64,000 nucleotides of DNA from an uncultured candidatus Porisulfidus sp. (GTDB lineage: Bacteria; Pseudomonadota; Gammaproteobacteria; Poriferisulfidales; Oxydemutatoraceae): contig OZ244052.1 in NCBI GenBank assembly GCA_965215125.1, forward strand, positions 736,001-800,000, read 5' to 3'. A program made the position numbers and the translations under genes. Below the pieces are notes generated by a model. That model did not search any database. It was not told where the DNA came from and was given only the letters and a program-made list of their open reading frames with translations. Positions 52,153 to 63,704 of this stretch are shown here, piece after piece; position 1 is the first letter of the stretch, and every line of letters begins with the position of its first letter.

Positions 52153-53738
52153 ATCAAATCACTCAACTGAGCATAGTAGCCGGCTATATACTCGTCTAAC
52201 GATAAACTATCGGTCATTTCCAACCGTTCTTGCTCAGTAATGCTGTTTCGTGTTATTTTCTCGAATTGCTTCAAACGCTTCTCATCTATAGTGTCTTGCA
52301 TAAAATAATTTCTCTTCTTTATCGCATAACGTCCCACCAAGTCAACAAAACTTTCTCGATTTTCTCGCATTTCCTCAAGTATTAATGCCGAGGGGCACAT
52401 TCCGGGGTTGTGAAATTTTTCTATTTGCTTTTGCAATGCCGAACCATATACGGTGGTTGCGCATTGCTCATCCAATAAGCCACACACCGATTGCATTTGT
52501 CGGCATAGTTCTATTCCCCATTCTTTTAGCTTTCGATTTTTTCCTAAATCGTTCAACTCTAAATCGAGGCGACGACCTTGATGAGCAACTTCGATCTCGT
52601 TGCCGTCGATCATTTGCCATTGATCGACCTTGATCGCCGGGCTGTCGTTAAATAAACAAAAAAGCATCAACGCTTCTATAAAACAGAACTGTTCGGTAGA
52701 GACACCGGCATTTTGAAATATATCGACATCGAGCGACCTAAGTTCCACATATTCAACACCTTTTTGCTTCAATGCGGCAAGCGGCATGTCGTTGCCGGCA
52801 CTGCGAGGTTTGGGGCGCATCGTGGTGTAATATTCATTTTCTATTTGCAAGATATTGGCATTCAACTGCAAATGCTCGCCGTCTTTTTTCACGCCGATAC
52901 GCCTATAGGGCGCATATTCGGTACTCACCGCTCGCCATAAACTCAATACATATTGGTCAACGTTATCGTAACAGGCTTTGACACCGATTTTAGCCTCTTG
53001 GTTGTTTTGATAACCGATGTCTCCCATGCGCAACGAAGTCGCATAAGGAGCAAATAAAGTGCTATCGTCAAAGTACTCCAGATTGTGCGTATCACTCGCT
53101 GCAAAGGTTTTGCAAATAGCGGGAGAGGTACCGAACAGATAAGGGATTGTCCATGCTAGGCGCAAAAAATTTCGGATTAAACCCATATAATGTTCGGAGC
53201 GGAAATCGTGCATAGACTCGGTATTGCCTAAATACCGGCTATACCATTCCCAGAATGGTTCGCCCAAGGAGTAATTAAAGTGTACGCCTGCGATTACTTG
53301 CATAAACCGACCATAGCGATACCCCAAACCTTTTCTATAAATGGTTTTCATTCTACCGATATTAGAGGAACCGTAATAAGCAAGCGGAATGCTCGTCTCT
53401 CCCCTTACGATGCACGGCATGCTTGCACACCATAATAACTCCTCGCCTATATTGGCATATACATAACGGTGTATATCTTCTAGAAATTCTACCGCTTGTG
53501 CCGAATTGACCAGCGGCGGCGTTACAAATTCCAACAAAGCCTCCGAAAAATCTGTTGTAATATACGGATGTGTTAATGCAGAACCCAAGGCTTCGGGGTG
53601 TGCGGTCTTTGCTAAAGTACCGTCGGCTGCAACCCGCAAAGACTCTTTTTCTACGCCGACCAAGTGATGTTGCAAAGGCTTGCTCCGCTCCTCGGCAAGC
53701 GCACTTATAATTTTTTCTATTCTAGGGAGCGAAATCAC
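52149..53738 (-). CDS. gshA: Glutamate-cysteine ligase
   Basis: GVEKESLRV, HPYITTDFSEALLE, GVHFNYS, ATSLRM, LQIENEYY, YVELRSLD. Confidence 0.97.
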   Translation of the reverse strand: MISLPRIEKIISALAEERSKPLQHHLVGVEKESLRVAADGTLAKTAHPEALGSALTHPYITTDFSEALLEFVTPPLVNSAQAVEFLEDIHRYVYANIGEELLWCASMPCIVRGETSIPLAYYGSSNIGRMKTIYRKGLGYRYGRFMQVIAGVHFNYSLGEPFWEWYSRYLGNTESMHDFRSEHYMGLIRNFLRLAWTIPYLFGTSPAICKTFAASDTHNLEYFDDSTLFAPYATSLRMGDIGYQNNQEAKIGVKACYDNVDQYVLSLWRAVSTEYAPYRRIGVKKDGEHLQLNANILQIENEYYTTMRPKPRSAGNDMPLAALKQKGVEYVELRSLDVDIFQNAGVSTEQFCFIEALMLFCLFNDSPAIKVDQWQMIDGNEIEVAHQGRRLDLELNDLGKNRKLKEWGIELCRQMQSVCGLLDEQCATTVYGSALQKQIEKFHNPGMCPSALILEEMRENRESFVDLVGRYAIKKRNYFMQDTIDEKRLKQFEKITRNSITEQERLEMTDSLSLDEYIAGYYAQLSDLI

Positions 53739-54283
53739 AATTTAGAACTTTGCATAAAATTTCTATCGAAGCAAGGGCCCGGATCGGTCTTTCGGCCGGG
53801 CGATATATCGCTATGGTACGTGATACGCGTTGGGGTCAGCTTAGGATAAGCAACCGTCAATGCAGATACGACTGAGCGCAGATATTCATATTGCTGCTGT
53901 TCGTACGGCTCCGTCTCGCAACCTTCGATTTCTATGCCGATAGAAAAATCATTGCAATTCGGTCGTCCTTCGTAGCTCGAGCGGCCGGCGTGCCAAGCAC
54001 GGCGGTGGAATGGAACGAATTGTATTATTTGTCCGTTGCGGCGTATTAATAAATGTGCGGATACATGCAAATCTTCCTCTAATTCTAAAGCCCTGGATTG
54101 TTCCGCCGTAAATCGGTTGGTAAATAATTGTTCTATCTCGGGGCCTCCATAATGACCGGGCGGCAGGCTGATGCAGTGAATTACTATAAGGTCGATTTCC
54201 GCCTGCGGCGGGCGCGCGTCGTTATTCGGAGAGGGTACATATCGGACACCTTCCAACAAGTGTTGCACTAAATCAACCTTCAT
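53735..54283 (-). CDS. ampD: 1,6-anhydro-N-acetylmuramyl-L-alanine amidase
   Basis: [48 protein letters not shown]. Confidence 0.96.
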   Translation of the reverse strand: MKVDLVQHLLEGVRYVPSPNNDARPPQAEIDLIVIHCISLPPGHYGGPEIEQLFTNRFTAEQSRALELEEDLHVSAHLLIRRNGQIIQFVPFHRRAWHAGRSSYEGRPNCNDFSIGIEIEGCETEPYEQQQYEYLRSVVSALTVAYPKLTPTRITYHSDISPGRKTDPGPCFDRNFMQSSKL

Positions 54284-54783
54284 CGCTCACCCAGAACTTC
54301 TGCATAATATTTCAATATCACATCGTCAAAACACGCAAAAATAATGTTCATTCCATTCCCGTATTGTGTGCAGCTACGCACCGCGATTTGAACCGCAGAA
54401 TCTATAGGATAACCGTAAACACCACAGCTGATTGCAGGAAATGCGATGCTATTTAGAGATAGCTCTTGGGCTATGTTCAAACTATTCCGATAGCAGGCTT
54501 CCAATAATTGTGCTTCGTTTGCCTCGCCACCTTTCCATACCGGCCCTACCGTATGTATCACATAAGGTGCCGGCAAACGGTAGGCTTTGGTCAACCGTGC
54601 CTCGCCGGTAGGGCATCCGCCTAAGGTTTTACATTCCTCCAATAATTCGGGGCCTGCAGCACGATGTATCGCACCGTCAACACCCCCGCCGCCCAACAAT
54701 GTATTGTTGGCAGCGTTGACGATTGCATCAACCTCGAGTCGAGTAATATCTGTTTTAATCGCTCGGAGATCGGGTTTCATCAC
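54280..54783 (-). CDS. Macro-domain O-acetyl-ADP-ribose deacetylase (YmdB-like)
   Basis: [40 protein letters not shown]. Confidence 0.92.
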   Translation of the reverse strand: MMKPDLRAIKTDITRLEVDAIVNAANNTLLGGGGVDGAIHRAAGPELLEECKTLGGCPTGEARLTKAYRLPAPYVIHTVGPVWKGGEANEAQLLEACYRNSLNIAQELSLNSIAFPAISCGVYGYPIDSAVQIAVRSCTQYGNGMNIIFACFDDVILKYYAEVLGER

Positions 54784-54819
54784 AGGTTTTAATCAAAGTA
54801 GGCAGAATGAAAAATAATA

Positions 54820-55701
54820 TCAATGCTTAATCAACGTGCCTACACCACCGTCGGTTAACAACTCAAGCAATACGGCATGGGAAGTGCGTCCGTCTATGAT
54901 ATGTGCCGATTCAGCCCCTTTACTAATTGCCCTCAAGGCACAGGAAACCTTGGGCAGCATACCGCCGTGTATAGTCTCCTGTTCTATCAGTCTAGAGATT
55001 TCCGAACTGGAAGCTTCAACGATTAATTTACCTTGATTGTCAAGCAGACCCTCGGTATTTGTCATCAAAATCAGCTTTTCGGCTTTCAAATGCTGTGCGA
55101 TACTGCTTGCCACCCAATCTGCGTTGATGTTATAACATTCGCCCTCGCCACCGATTCCTAGAGGAGAGACCACCGGAATATATGTAGGATGGCGTACCAG
55201 TTCGCCAAACTCGGCAGAAATATCGCTCACTTTTCCAACCATGCCTAAATCTACTCTTCCTGGTATGCCCCCTGAAGTCTCAAGTTTAGTTGCCTTTATC
55301 AACCCGTCGGCTATGATGCTTTGCGCTTCTCCCTCGTGCTCTTTTATATATTGGGTGATGCTGGTGTTGATGGTTCGCAAGGTACTTGCGATTATATTTA
55401 TAGCCGCCTTGTCGGTGACGCGCAAGCCGTGAACAAATTTACTTTCTATACCGGCTGCCTTTAGATTTGCGGAAATATCGGAACCGCCGCCGTGGACGAT
55501 TACCGGATGGATACCGACCGCTTTCAATAATACAATATCCCTCGCAAAACTATGCTTCAATCGCTCTTCGGTCATCGCACTACCGCCGTATTTGATAACG
55601 ATTGTCTTGTTGCAAAATTTCTGTATATAAGGCAACGCCTCGCTTAATATCTTAACTTTATCTCTGTTGCTCAAGTTGTCCGTCATCGTTGATCCCGTCA
55701 A
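54820..55701 (-). CDS. argB: Acetylglutamate kinase
   Basis: EALPYI, VIKYGGSAM, VHGGG, GLRVTD, NINAD, GGMLPKV. Confidence 0.97.
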   Translation of the reverse strand: MTGSTMTDNLSNRDKVKILSEALPYIQKFCNKTIVIKYGGSAMTEERLKHSFARDIVLLKAVGIHPVIVHGGGSDISANLKAAGIESKFVHGLRVTDKAAINIIASTLRTINTSITQYIKEHEGEAQSIIADGLIKATKLETSGGIPGRVDLGMVGKVSDISAEFGELVRHPTYIPVVSPLGIGGEGECYNINADWVASSIAQHLKAEKLILMTNTEGLLDNQGKLIVEASSSEISRLIEQETIHGGMLPKVSCALRAISKGAESAHIIDGRTSHAVLLELLTDGGVGTLIKH

Positions 55702-57071
55702 AATGGCATTTGCAAGGAGGGTTCTACGAACAATAATTGTTTTCTAAAAATATCTTTTATTTCGTTAAGCCGGGCCTCGTTGTCGGCTTCAAAGCGCACG
55801 ACCAAACACGGTGTGGTGTTAGATGCACGCACCAACCCCCAACCGTCCTCGTAATCAACGCGTACGCCGTCGGTATAATCAAGCTGTGCATCCTCGAAAA
55901 AAGCCAGCTTTAGAAAGCGGTCCATAAAGGTATGCTGATCTCCCTCGTCTTTTAGATGTATATTCAATTCCGGTGTATTGATGCCTTGAGGAAACACGGC
56001 AAACATCTCGCTACAAGTTTGGGCACCGGCAGCGTAGATCTCTAAGAGACGCGCCGCCGTATATAAAGCATCGTCAAAACCGTACCAGCGGTCATTGAAA
56101 AAAATATGCCCACTCATCTCGCCTGCCAAAAGCGCGCCGGTTTGTTTGAGCGTAGACTTGACATACGAATGTCCGGTCCTACACATTCGAGGTTTGCCAC
56201 CGTTTTTTGCTATTACTTCGGGCAAGTGGCTTGAAGATTTAACATCGTAGACGATGCAAGCACCCGGTTGATGCCGCAATAGATCTTGCGCGTAAGCCAT
56301 CATCTGAAGATCAGGCCATATAATATTGCCTAATTCGTCTACTACGCCTAGACGATCTCCATCGCCGTCAAAAGCAATACCGAGTTCCGAGTGCTGCGTT
56401 TTCACTTCGGCTATCAAATCTACGAGATTTTTCTCGTCGCTGGGGTTGGCATGATGATTGGGGAAATTTCCGTCTATATCACAATACAAACAGTGCAATT
56501 CACATCCCAGAGCCTCGAATAACGCAGCAACATAGGGACCTGCGACACCGTTTCCACAATCGGCAACGAGCCTGACCGGACGCGTGATACGAATATCCGA
56601 TACTACTTTGTTTATATAAGGTTCTAGTACGTTGCGTTGCTCATAACCACCTCGTCCTTTTTTGAAATGTCCTTTGACTACATCATGGTATAGAGCCTGC
56701 ACCTCGTCACCCGCCAGTGTATGCTCGGCAACCATCATCTTTAGCCCGTTATAATTCGGAGGGTTATGGCTCCCGGTTATCATCAAACCGCAACCTGCTC
56801 CGTATTCATAAGCGGCAAAATACAGTACCGGTGTAGGTACTGCTCCCACATCTATTACTCGTACGCCTGCCGATTGTAAACCGTCCGATAATGCCTCGGC
56901 AAAGCGAGGACTCGATAGTCTTCCGTCGCGGCCCAGTACAAAGCGCGATGCATCGGGGTAACGGGTCGCTATCGCACGACCGATATCATAGACCAGGCTT
57001 TCATCCAGGCCCTTATCGACTATACCGCGTACATCGTATGCACGAAAAACACGTTGATCTACCGACATCAT
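55698..57071 (-). CDS. algC: Phosphomannomutase/phosphoglucomutase
   Basis: FRAYDVRG, TGSHNP, FDGDGDR, GEMSGH, RASNT; dut-algC-argB synteny. Confidence 0.93.
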   Translation of the reverse strand: MMSVDQRVFRAYDVRGIVDKGLDESLVYDIGRAIATRYPDASRFVLGRDGRLSSPRFAEALSDGLQSAGVRVIDVGAVPTPVLYFAAYEYGAGCGLMITGSHNPPNYNGLKMMVAEHTLAGDEVQALYHDVVKGHFKKGRGGYEQRNVLEPYINKVVSDIRITRPVRLVADCGNGVAGPYVAALFEALGCELHCLYCDIDGNFPNHHANPSDEKNLVDLIAEVKTQHSELGIAFDGDGDRLGVVDELGNIIWPDLQMMAYAQDLLRHQPGACIVYDVKSSSHLPEVIAKNGGKPRMCRTGHSYVKSTLKQTGALLAGEMSGHIFFNDRWYGFDDALYTAARLLEIYAAGAQTCSEMFAVFPQGINTPELNIHLKDEGDQHTFMDRFLKLAFFEDAQLDYTDGVRVDYEDGWGLVRASNTTPCLVVRFEADNEARLNEIKDIFRKQLLFVEPSLQMPF

Positions 57072-57529
57072 TAATTCTTACCGGAGTGCCCGAAGCCTTT
57101 GTCGCTACGTTGGCTTTGTTCGAATGACTCCACCCTCTCGAAATCAACCTGAACCGTGGGCACAAAAACAAGCTGTGCGATGCGATCTCCGGGATTGATA
57201 TCAAAGCAATCGGCACTGCGATTCCAACAAGAAATATAAATTTCTCCTTGGTAGTCCGAGTCTATTAAGCCAATCAGGTTACCCAACACGATACCGTGTT
57301 TGTGCCCTAAACCGGAGCGAGGCAATACGACCGCTGCAAGCGACGGATCCGCTATATGAATGGCAATACCGCTCGATATCAATTCCACTTGTCCGGGCTT
57401 AAGTTCAAGCACATCGTCTAAACAAGCTCGTAAATCCACACCTGCCGAACCCAAAGTCGCATATTGCGGAAGCGGGTATTGATTACCGATACGCGAATCT
57501 ACGACTTTAAGCTGTATGCGTTGTTTCAT
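57071..57529 (-). CDS. dut: dUTP diphosphatase
   Basis: [34 protein letters not shown]; start placed at ATG 57529. Confidence 0.97.
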   Translation of the reverse strand: MKQRIQLKVVDSRIGNQYPLPQYATLGSAGVDLRACLDDVLELKPGQVELISSGIAIHIADPSLAAVVLPRSGLGHKHGIVLGNLIGLIDSDYQGEIYISCWNRSADCFDINPGDRIAQLVFVPTVQVDFERVESFEQSQRSDKGFGHSGKN

Positions 57530-58751
57530 AAACTCGTGTATGTTCGTAGTAATCAACGATATGCTTGATAATTGCTTTCCCTAAATTGATCTTTGAGTCC
57601 GGACCAAGTTCTACCTTAGCGTTGCGCTTATATACGATTACTTTGTTATCGGGTGTGTCAAAACCGTAAGAATAATTCGTACCGACTTTGTTAGCAACAA
57701 TCATATCCAAACCTTTGGCAAGCAATTTTTTCTTAGCGTTGCGTTCAAGGTCTAGGGTTTCGGCGGCAAAGCCGACCAAAAGGGGACGCGGCTGCATCGT
57801 CCCGACCGTTGCTAAAATATCGGGCGTTTGAGTCAGATGCAAGCGCATCGTTTGCTTATCGCGCTTGATTTTATGGTCGGAAATTTGCTGCGCCCGATAA
57901 TCACCGACTGCAGCACAAGCAATGAAAATATGCGCATCGTGCACAACCCGAAGTGTTGTTTGCAGCATATCGTCGGCGGACGATACATCGTATCTCTTAA
58001 CTCGCTTCGGTGTCTCCAATGAGACCGGGCCGGCGATTAAATGTACATCGGCTCCCGACTCGACGGCAGCGGCGGCTAATGCAAAACCCATACGACCCGA
58101 ACTTCGGTTTGTAATATAGCGTACCGGGTCTATCATTTCGTGCGTAGGTCCTGCGGTGATAACGACTTTATATCGGCTTAAGGTTTTACCGCAACCTAAT
58201 AATTGAATGACGCGGTGGACCAACTCCGAAGGCTCCAGCATGCGCCCTTCGCCCTCAGCACCACACGCCTGCTCGCCGCTGTCCGGTCCCCAAATCGTCA
58301 TGCCGAAACTGCGTATCTTTTCAACATTGCCTCGTACTGCCGAGTGTAGCCACATGTGTTTGTTCATCGCCGGAGCGAGTATTAACTTGTTATCGGAAGC
58401 AATGCACACCGTAGATAATAAATCGTCGGCGATCCCGTGCGCCAGTTTGGCAATGAAGTTAGCCGTAGCCGGTGCGATCATAATTACATCCGCCCAACGA
58501 GCCAAGTCTATATGCTTCATTCCGGTGCCTTCGGCCTCGTCAAATTGCTGCGACTCAACCGGATGCCCCGACAACGCTTGTAAGGTCAAATTTGTTATAA
58601 AAGCCTGTGCCGAGGGTGTGGTGATTACGCGAACCTCTGCACCTCGCTTACGCAATTCGCGTACCAAATAAGCACTTTTATAAGCTGCGATACTACCGCA
58701 AACGCCTAATAATAATCTCTTTCCGTTTAAGTCTTGCGCATCCGATTGCAT
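57507..58751 (-). CDS. coaBC: Phosphopantothenoylcysteine decarboxylase/ligase
   Basis: [43 protein letters not shown]. Confidence 0.97.
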   Translation of the reverse strand: MQSDAQDLNGKRLLLGVCGSIAAYKSAYLVRELRKRGAEVRVITTPSAQAFITNLTLQALSGHPVESQQFDEAEGTGMKHIDLARWADVIMIAPATANFIAKLAHGIADDLLSTVCIASDNKLILAPAMNKHMWLHSAVRGNVEKIRSFGMTIWGPDSGEQACGAEGEGRMLEPSELVHRVIQLLGCGKTLSRYKVVITAGPTHEMIDPVRYITNRSSGRMGFALAAAAVESGADVHLIAGPVSLETPKRVKRYDVSSADDMLQTTLRVVHDAHIFIACAAVGDYRAQQISDHKIKRDKQTMRLHLTQTPDILATVGTMQPRPLLVGFAAETLDLERNAKKKLLAKGLDMIVANKVGTNYSYGFDTPDNKVIVYKRNAKVELGPDSKINLGKAIIKHIVDYYEHTRVYETTHTA

Positions 58752-58785
58752 GATTATTACTTGTGTTTTTGATCTTAACCGTAAA

Positions 58786-60732
58786 TTAAAAAGGTAATTT
58801 TAGCTTATCCTTTAACCCTTCCAATAGATCCCCTTTGATTTTATCTTTTATCTTCTCTTCAACATCACCTATTTTTTCTTCCACTTTTTCCTTGACGCCG
58901 CTTTTATTCAATAATCCGTCCTTGATTAGATTGCTCAAGTCGGGCTTGTATTCCGGAGATTCCAAATTGCCCGCAATACGTATAGGTATTTGTATACGCT
59001 CGGCGGACTTCAATCGGGTATAAAGCATATAATCGATCGTTGAATTGACGAGGTTGATCTGTCCCGCTCCTTTTACATCGAATAAAGGCATTTGCACTGC
59101 AAGGTCGTCGTTCTTCGCAATACCTTTGCTCAATAATACACTTGCATTCATCTCGTCAAAGATTAATTCTTTGCCGGCAGTACGACGCGAGCGACCTTCA
59201 AACAAAGCTACTACCCTTTCGATGATCGCCGCAAGTGACTGGTCTTGCAAAGCACCTTCGGTGATACGCACATCGGCTTTGCCGTTGGAGGTTGCCAACA
59301 TTTGCTCATAATCACCCAGAGTCCCTGCTAAAGCCAGCTTGATCTGTGCTTTTCCGCGTACGGTTGCTTGGCGATCGGCACTCAATGCCGACTGTACCTT
59401 GTCTATCGGAACTTGGTCGGCAGACAACCTCATTTTATAGGTGTTGGATGCCGAGTTCAACTCGGCATTTGCGGAGATTCGACCTTGATGAAAATCGGCT
59501 CGTTGCAAATTCAGCACTATCCGATCTCCGATCATAGAGCTTGTCAACAAAATCTGTTTTAGCTGTAAAGCATCATAATTGAGTGTCGGGATCGCGATAT
59601 CAACCTTGGGGTTTTCGTATAAATCGCTAAACTTGCCACGCCCCTCCACCTGCATATCACCGTATGAAACCTTGAACCTATCGATTGCAAAGTCGCCTTT
59701 CAGTAATGCTTTATTGTGCTCGGCAGTGAATTGTAAATTCAAACTTTCGTCCAAACCCTCCACTTGTGCCGATGTGTTTAGATTATTAAGTTGTACAACC
59801 GCCACCGACGGATCGGGCAACAACTCGGCTTTAACTTTAAGGCTTGCGGCCAATGCTTCGATATCTTCCGACAGTCCGTCGGCACGCGCATCTAGTTCAA
59901 TAGGAATCGCTTTATCTGCCGATAAGGTACCGTCTCTCAATTCAAAACCGTCCACTTTAGCATTGACACGAGCAACCAAAGGTGTGTCGGCTTGCGTCAA
60001 TTGTACTTGAACATCCACATCGCCGATTTTTACATCGCCGGTAGATAAATTAGGTAGCAACTCGGTGTTCAATGCCACTTGGGCATTTAGACCTCTTAAA
60101 CCCTCCGACAACGAATTAATATCCGCGCTTAAGGAGATCGGAGTAGGCTCATCGAACGATAAAGCACCGCTGCTAAAATTCAGATTATCAACCGCTATAC
60201 GTGTATCGTTTAGACGGTCATCCCAGAGTAAGTAGCCGTCTTGTAATGCGATACCACCGAAGCTGGTTAATGCGACCGCTTGAGAAGCGTCGACTGTCGT
60301 ATCTTCGGTTGTTTTTTGGTTCTCCCCGACGAGTAGTTTGAGGTCGTCAAAATTGAATTGACCCTGGGCATTTCGTATAACATTCGCTTTGATCCCTTTG
60401 AGGACTATGCCGTCTACCTGTGCTTCCTGTCTCAACAAAGGTAATAACTTTAACCCTAATTGTATTTCTTGTGCTTCTAAGAACGGTACATTACCGAAAG
60501 CGGGATTTTCTCCGATTTGTAGCCCGGTTGCTGCAATACCCAAAGACGGAAATAGGCTCAAGTTTAGCGTCTTGAGTTCAACCGAACGTTTGCTGTGTTT
60601 TTCGACATACGAGACAAACTGATCCTTATAATCGTTTGCATCGAAGTAATACGCAAACACAGCACCGAGCGCAATAATCAGTACTACTCCGAATAGCAGA
60701 AATAGGAATATTCGTTTTATTAATTTAAGCAT
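58786..60732 (-). CDS. AsmA-family protein
   Basis: N-terminal [28 protein letters not shown]-terminal GAGQINL...IPIRIAG. Confidence 0.85.
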   Translation of the reverse strand: MLKLIKRIFLFLLFGVVLIIALGAVFAYYFDANDYKDQFVSYVEKHSKRSVELKTLNLSLFPSLGIAATGLQIGENPAFGNVPFLEAQEIQLGLKLLPLLRQEAQVDGIVLKGIKANVIRNAQGQFNFDDLKLLVGENQKTTEDTTVDASQAVALTSFGGIALQDGYLLWDDRLNDTRIAVDNLNFSSGALSFDEPTPISLSADINSLSEGLRGLNAQVALNTELLPNLSTGDVKIGDVDVQVQLTQADTPLVARVNAKVDGFELRDGTLSADKAIPIELDARADGLSEDIEALAASLKVKAELLPDPSVAVVQLNNLNTSAQVEGLDESLNLQFTAEHNKALLKGDFAIDRFKVSYGDMQVEGRGKFSDLYENPKVDIAIPTLNYDALQLKQILLTSSMIGDRIVLNLQRADFHQGRISANAELNSASNTYKMRLSADQVPIDKVQSALSADRQATVRGKAQIKLALAGTLGDYEQMLATSNGKADVRITEGALQDQSLAAIIERVVALFEGRSRRTAGKELIFDEMNASVLLSKGIAKNDDLAVQMPLFDVKGAGQINLVNSTIDYMLYTRLKSAERIQIPIRIAGNLESPEYKPDLSNLIKDGLLNKSGVKEKVEEKIGDVEEKIKDKIKGDLLEGLKDKLKLPF

Positions 60733-61210
60733 TTTCTTGGCGACGCCAGATTCCCGAACGCCCTCCGGATTTTTCTATTAGGCGGATGTCACTGATAACC
60801 ATCCCTCTATCCACTGCTTTGCACATATCGTAAATAGTCAGCAGTGCAATTTGAACCGCAGTAATCGCCTCCATTTCCACACCGGTTTTTGCATATACCT
60901 CGGCACGACTACGACAAATAACGGCAGGCGGATCCTGATTAGGTTCAAGGCTAAGGTCTATAGAAGAAAGACCAATCGGGTGACACAACGGTATCAATTC
61001 GGCAGTGCGTTTAGCTGCCATAATACCTGCGAGCCGAGCAACGCCCAATACATCACCTTTGGCAGATTCTCCGGCTAAGATCGTTTGTAGCGTTTGCGCC
61101 TTTAGTAAAATGCGTCCTTCGGCAATTGCCACCCTATGGGTGACGGCTTTATCGCCGACATCGACCATTCTTGCGTTGCCTTGTTTATCAAAATGCGTTA
61201 ATCCAGACAT
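60725..61210 (-). CDS. moaC: Cyclic pyranopterin monophosphate synthase
   Basis: [39 protein letters not shown]. Confidence 0.98.
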   Translation of the reverse strand: MSGLTHFDKQGNARMVDVGDKAVTHRVAIAEGRILLKAQTLQTILAGESAKGDVLGVARLAGIMAAKRTAELIPLCHPIGLSSIDLSLEPNQDPPAVICRSRAEVYAKTGVEMEAITAVQIALLTIYDMCKAVDRGMVISDIRLIEKSGGRSGIWRRQENA

Positions 61211-61272
61211 ATCTTTTTTTAATTTAATACGCGGTAAAATAGTTTATTTGAGTACCAAAATAAGAGTATAGC

Positions 61273-61500
61273 ATGATAAAAGTTAGATATTTCGCATCGC
61301 TGCGCGAGCAAATAGGGCGAGACCTAGACATTATAGAAGATACCGACGACATATCGTCGGTGAAAGAACTGAAGATTAGCTTATCGAGCGTATTGCCACC
61401 GCAAACTTTATGTGCGGTCAACTACGAGTATGCCGACGAAGATGCACCGGTTAAAGACGGCGATGAGGTTGCCTTTTTCCCCCCGGTTACCGGCGGGTAA
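61273..61500 (+). CDS. moaD: Molybdopterin synthase sulfur carrier
   Basis: YFASLRE, AVN, GDEVAFFPPVTGG. Confidence 0.95.
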   Translation: MIKVRYFASLREQIGRDLDIIEDTDDISSVKELKISLSSVLPPQTLCAVNYEYADEDAPVKDGDEVAFFPPVTGG

Positions 61501-61538
61501 TGACAAAGGACATACAAAAATAGGATACTAACTAAGAA

Positions 61539-62891
61539 TTAGCGCAATACCAGAAACATTGAATAACTGCCACGTAGTATCTTCAGTAGCAAAGGTTTAT
61601 CTGCTTCGATTAAAGCTTCAAAATCATCAAAATCTCTCACAACCCGACGGTTTGTTGCCACGATAATATCGCCTTGTCGCAAACCATTGCGTTGCGCAGC
61701 ACTACCGGCTTTGACTTCCTTAATCTCTATGCCGGGTTTTTCCGGATTATCGCTCTCCGACAAAACAGTACCCGAGAGACGTCTATCATAGCGATCACCA
61801 TCGGTACTCGCTATTTTCCTAGCGGTGATATAAGCGGTTATCTCAAGTTCGTCATCATCTCTCAGAACCTCTAATACAACTTTGGATCCCATGCGAAGCA
61901 ATCCTATGTAGTTTCTTATATCGGCACTATTCTCAATTGCTTTACCATTGACCGACAAGATAATATCACCCGGTTCAATACCCGATTTTTCAGCCGAAGA
62001 ACCGGGTTCAACCTCGGTGATAACCACACCTTTTTCTTGATCTAGACCAAATGCATCGGCTAAATCTTGAGTCAATGTTTGAACGATGACACCCAAGCGA
62101 CCCCGCTTAACTTCACCGTGTTCGATCAATTGCTCGGTGATATTCATTGCCATATTAACCGGTATCGCAAAACCTATACCGACATTTCGACTGGCTCCCA
62201 AAATAGCCGTGTTAATTCCTATCAAGCGGCCTTCTAGATCAACCAAAGCACCACCCGAATTACCGGGGTTGATTGACGCGTCGGTTTGTATAAAGTCTTC
62301 GTACGACTCTATCCCCAAGCCGCTACGCCCCAGCGCACTGACAATGCCTAAGGTTACGGTATGTGCGAGTTGAAAAGGATTACCGATAGCAACGGCAAAA
62401 TCGCCTACTTTAATCGCTTCCGAATCACCTATCGCTATCTCCACTAAATCTTCCGCATCTATTTCTATCACTGCAATATCGGCTTCTTCGTCAATACCGA
62501 CGACTTCAGCCGTATAGCGTCTGTCGTTGTCCAAGGTCACATAGATCGTGTCGGCTGCTTTGACTACATGCGCATTGGTAATGATATAGCCTTCTTCGGC
62601 ATTGATAATAACACCCGAACCCGCACCGCTACGGCGGCGTTCCTGTTTTTGCCCTTCTTCAAATTCCGGAAAACCGAAAAAGCGTCTAAAAAAGGGATCG
62701 TTGGAGAAAGGATGTGGGCGACGATAAATTTCTATAACCTCCTCGGTTGCGATATTAACCACTGCCGGCATGGTTCTCTCCAACATAGGTGCCAAAGTCG
62801 GTAATGCGCCCGCCGATGTTGCAGCATAGACCGTTATAGTAGCCGACAATAATGCAAATGCGGTGGACAAAGTAATAAAAGTTTTTTTCAT
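61539..62891 (-). CDS. DegP/DegQ-family periplasmic serine protease
   Basis: Signal peptide, GSGVII, TNAHVV, IQTDASINPGNSGG, two PDZ domains; start placed at ATG 62891. Confidence 0.95.
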   Translation of the reverse strand: MKKTFITLSTAFALLSATITVYAATSAGALPTLAPMLERTMPAVVNIATEEVIEIYRRPHPFSNDPFFRRFFGFPEFEEGQKQERRRSGAGSGVIINAEEGYIITNAHVVKAADTIYVTLDNDRRYTAEVVGIDEEADIAVIEIDAEDLVEIAIGDSEAIKVGDFAVAIGNPFQLAHTVTLGIVSALGRSGLGIESYEDFIQTDASINPGNSGGALVDLEGRLIGINTAILGASRNVGIGFAIPVNMAMNITEQLIEHGEVKRGRLGVIVQTLTQDLADAFGLDQEKGVVITEVEPGSSAEKSGIEPGDIILSVNGKAIENSADIRNYIGLLRMGSKVVLEVLRDDDELEITAYITARKIASTDGDRYDRRLSGTVLSESDNPEKPGIEIKEVKAGSAAQRNGLRQGDIIVATNRRVVRDFDDFEALIEADKPLLLKILRGSYSMFLVLR

Positions 62892-62904
62892 CGGAAGGGT
62901 CAAA

Positions 62905-62945
62905 TAAATAATAATAATCCGCGAGCGTGCAAAGCACGCCCGCGG
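62905..62945 (-). terminator. Probable intrinsic terminator after hsp20
   Basis: Stem ccgcgagcgtgc-aaa-gcacgcccgcgg (62919-62945) followed on the minus strand by attattattattt. Confidence 0.6.
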
Positions 62946-62965
62946 GGTTACGGTGTATAACTAAT

Positions 62966-63400
62966 TTAGTTTATAGCTACCGATATTTTTTTAGGTTGCT
63001 TCGATTCCTTTTTTGCTACCGAAATCCTCAACACGCCGTTCTCGTGCTTGGCTGCAACAGTCTCGGTATCGGCGGTCGAAGGCAATGTAAAGTGCCTTTG
63101 ATAACTACCCGAATGACGTTCGGTATGTATATATTGGTCTTTACTATCGCTCACTTCGGACGAATGTTTTGCCGATATCACAAGGCTATTGCCTTCTACA
63201 TGCACATCGATATCGTCTGCTTTGATTCCGGGCAAATCGGCATAAAAAGTCCAACCCGTGTCGCTCTCTTTAACATCCACTGCCGGTATCAACCATTTTC
63301 CAAAATTTTCGCCGTTGCCCGTTTCATGAGGCCAAGCCAACAATTTTTCAAAAGGACCGAACAGTCGGTCAAAGTTCGACAATACTAATGAATTGTTCAT
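62966..63400 (-). CDS. Hsp20/alpha-crystallin small heat-shock protein
   Basis: PAVDVKE, ADLPG, ERHSGSYQRHFTLP, ENGVLRI. Confidence 0.95.
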   Translation of the reverse strand: MNNSLVLSNFDRLFGPFEKLLAWPHETGNGENFGKWLIPAVDVKESDTGWTFYADLPGIKADDIDVHVEGNSLVISAKHSSEVSDSKDQYIHTERHSGSYQRHFTLPSTADTETVAAKHENGVLRISVAKKESKQPKKISVAIN

Positions 63401-63438
63401 TTTCTTTACTCCATAGTTATGTTAATCGGATGTTTATA

Positions 63439-63466
63439 ATATAGAGACGCAATATCGGTTTTCAAG
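63439..63466 (-). promoter_or_regulatory. Candidate sigma32 promoter of hsp20
   Basis: Minus strand CTTGAA-N14-CTCTATAT versus the RpoH consensus CTTGAA-N13/14-CCCCATNT. Confidence 0.6.
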
Positions 63467-63584
63467 TAATAATCGAACAATAGAACCGCCGAGTAAAACC
63501 GCCACTTGTTGCAGTAGCACAAGTGGCGTAACTTTGTACGAAATCTAAATATTGTGTCCATTAGGAATATTACATACATTAAAA

Positions 63585-63640
63585 TCAATCGGCCTAGGGC
63601 TTGTCCTTACACTGTGCAGAACCTTTGTATGAAAATGTAA
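63585..63640. repeat. Degenerate fragment of the dispersed repeat
   Basis: tcaatcggc...cactgtgcagaacc...aaaatgtaa resembles 21238-21286. Confidence 0.5.
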
Positions 63641-63704
63641 GTCGGATAAACTAAGGTTTATCCTCATAAGCAATCAAGGTGTGAAAATCAGAAATATCGG
63701 ATAA

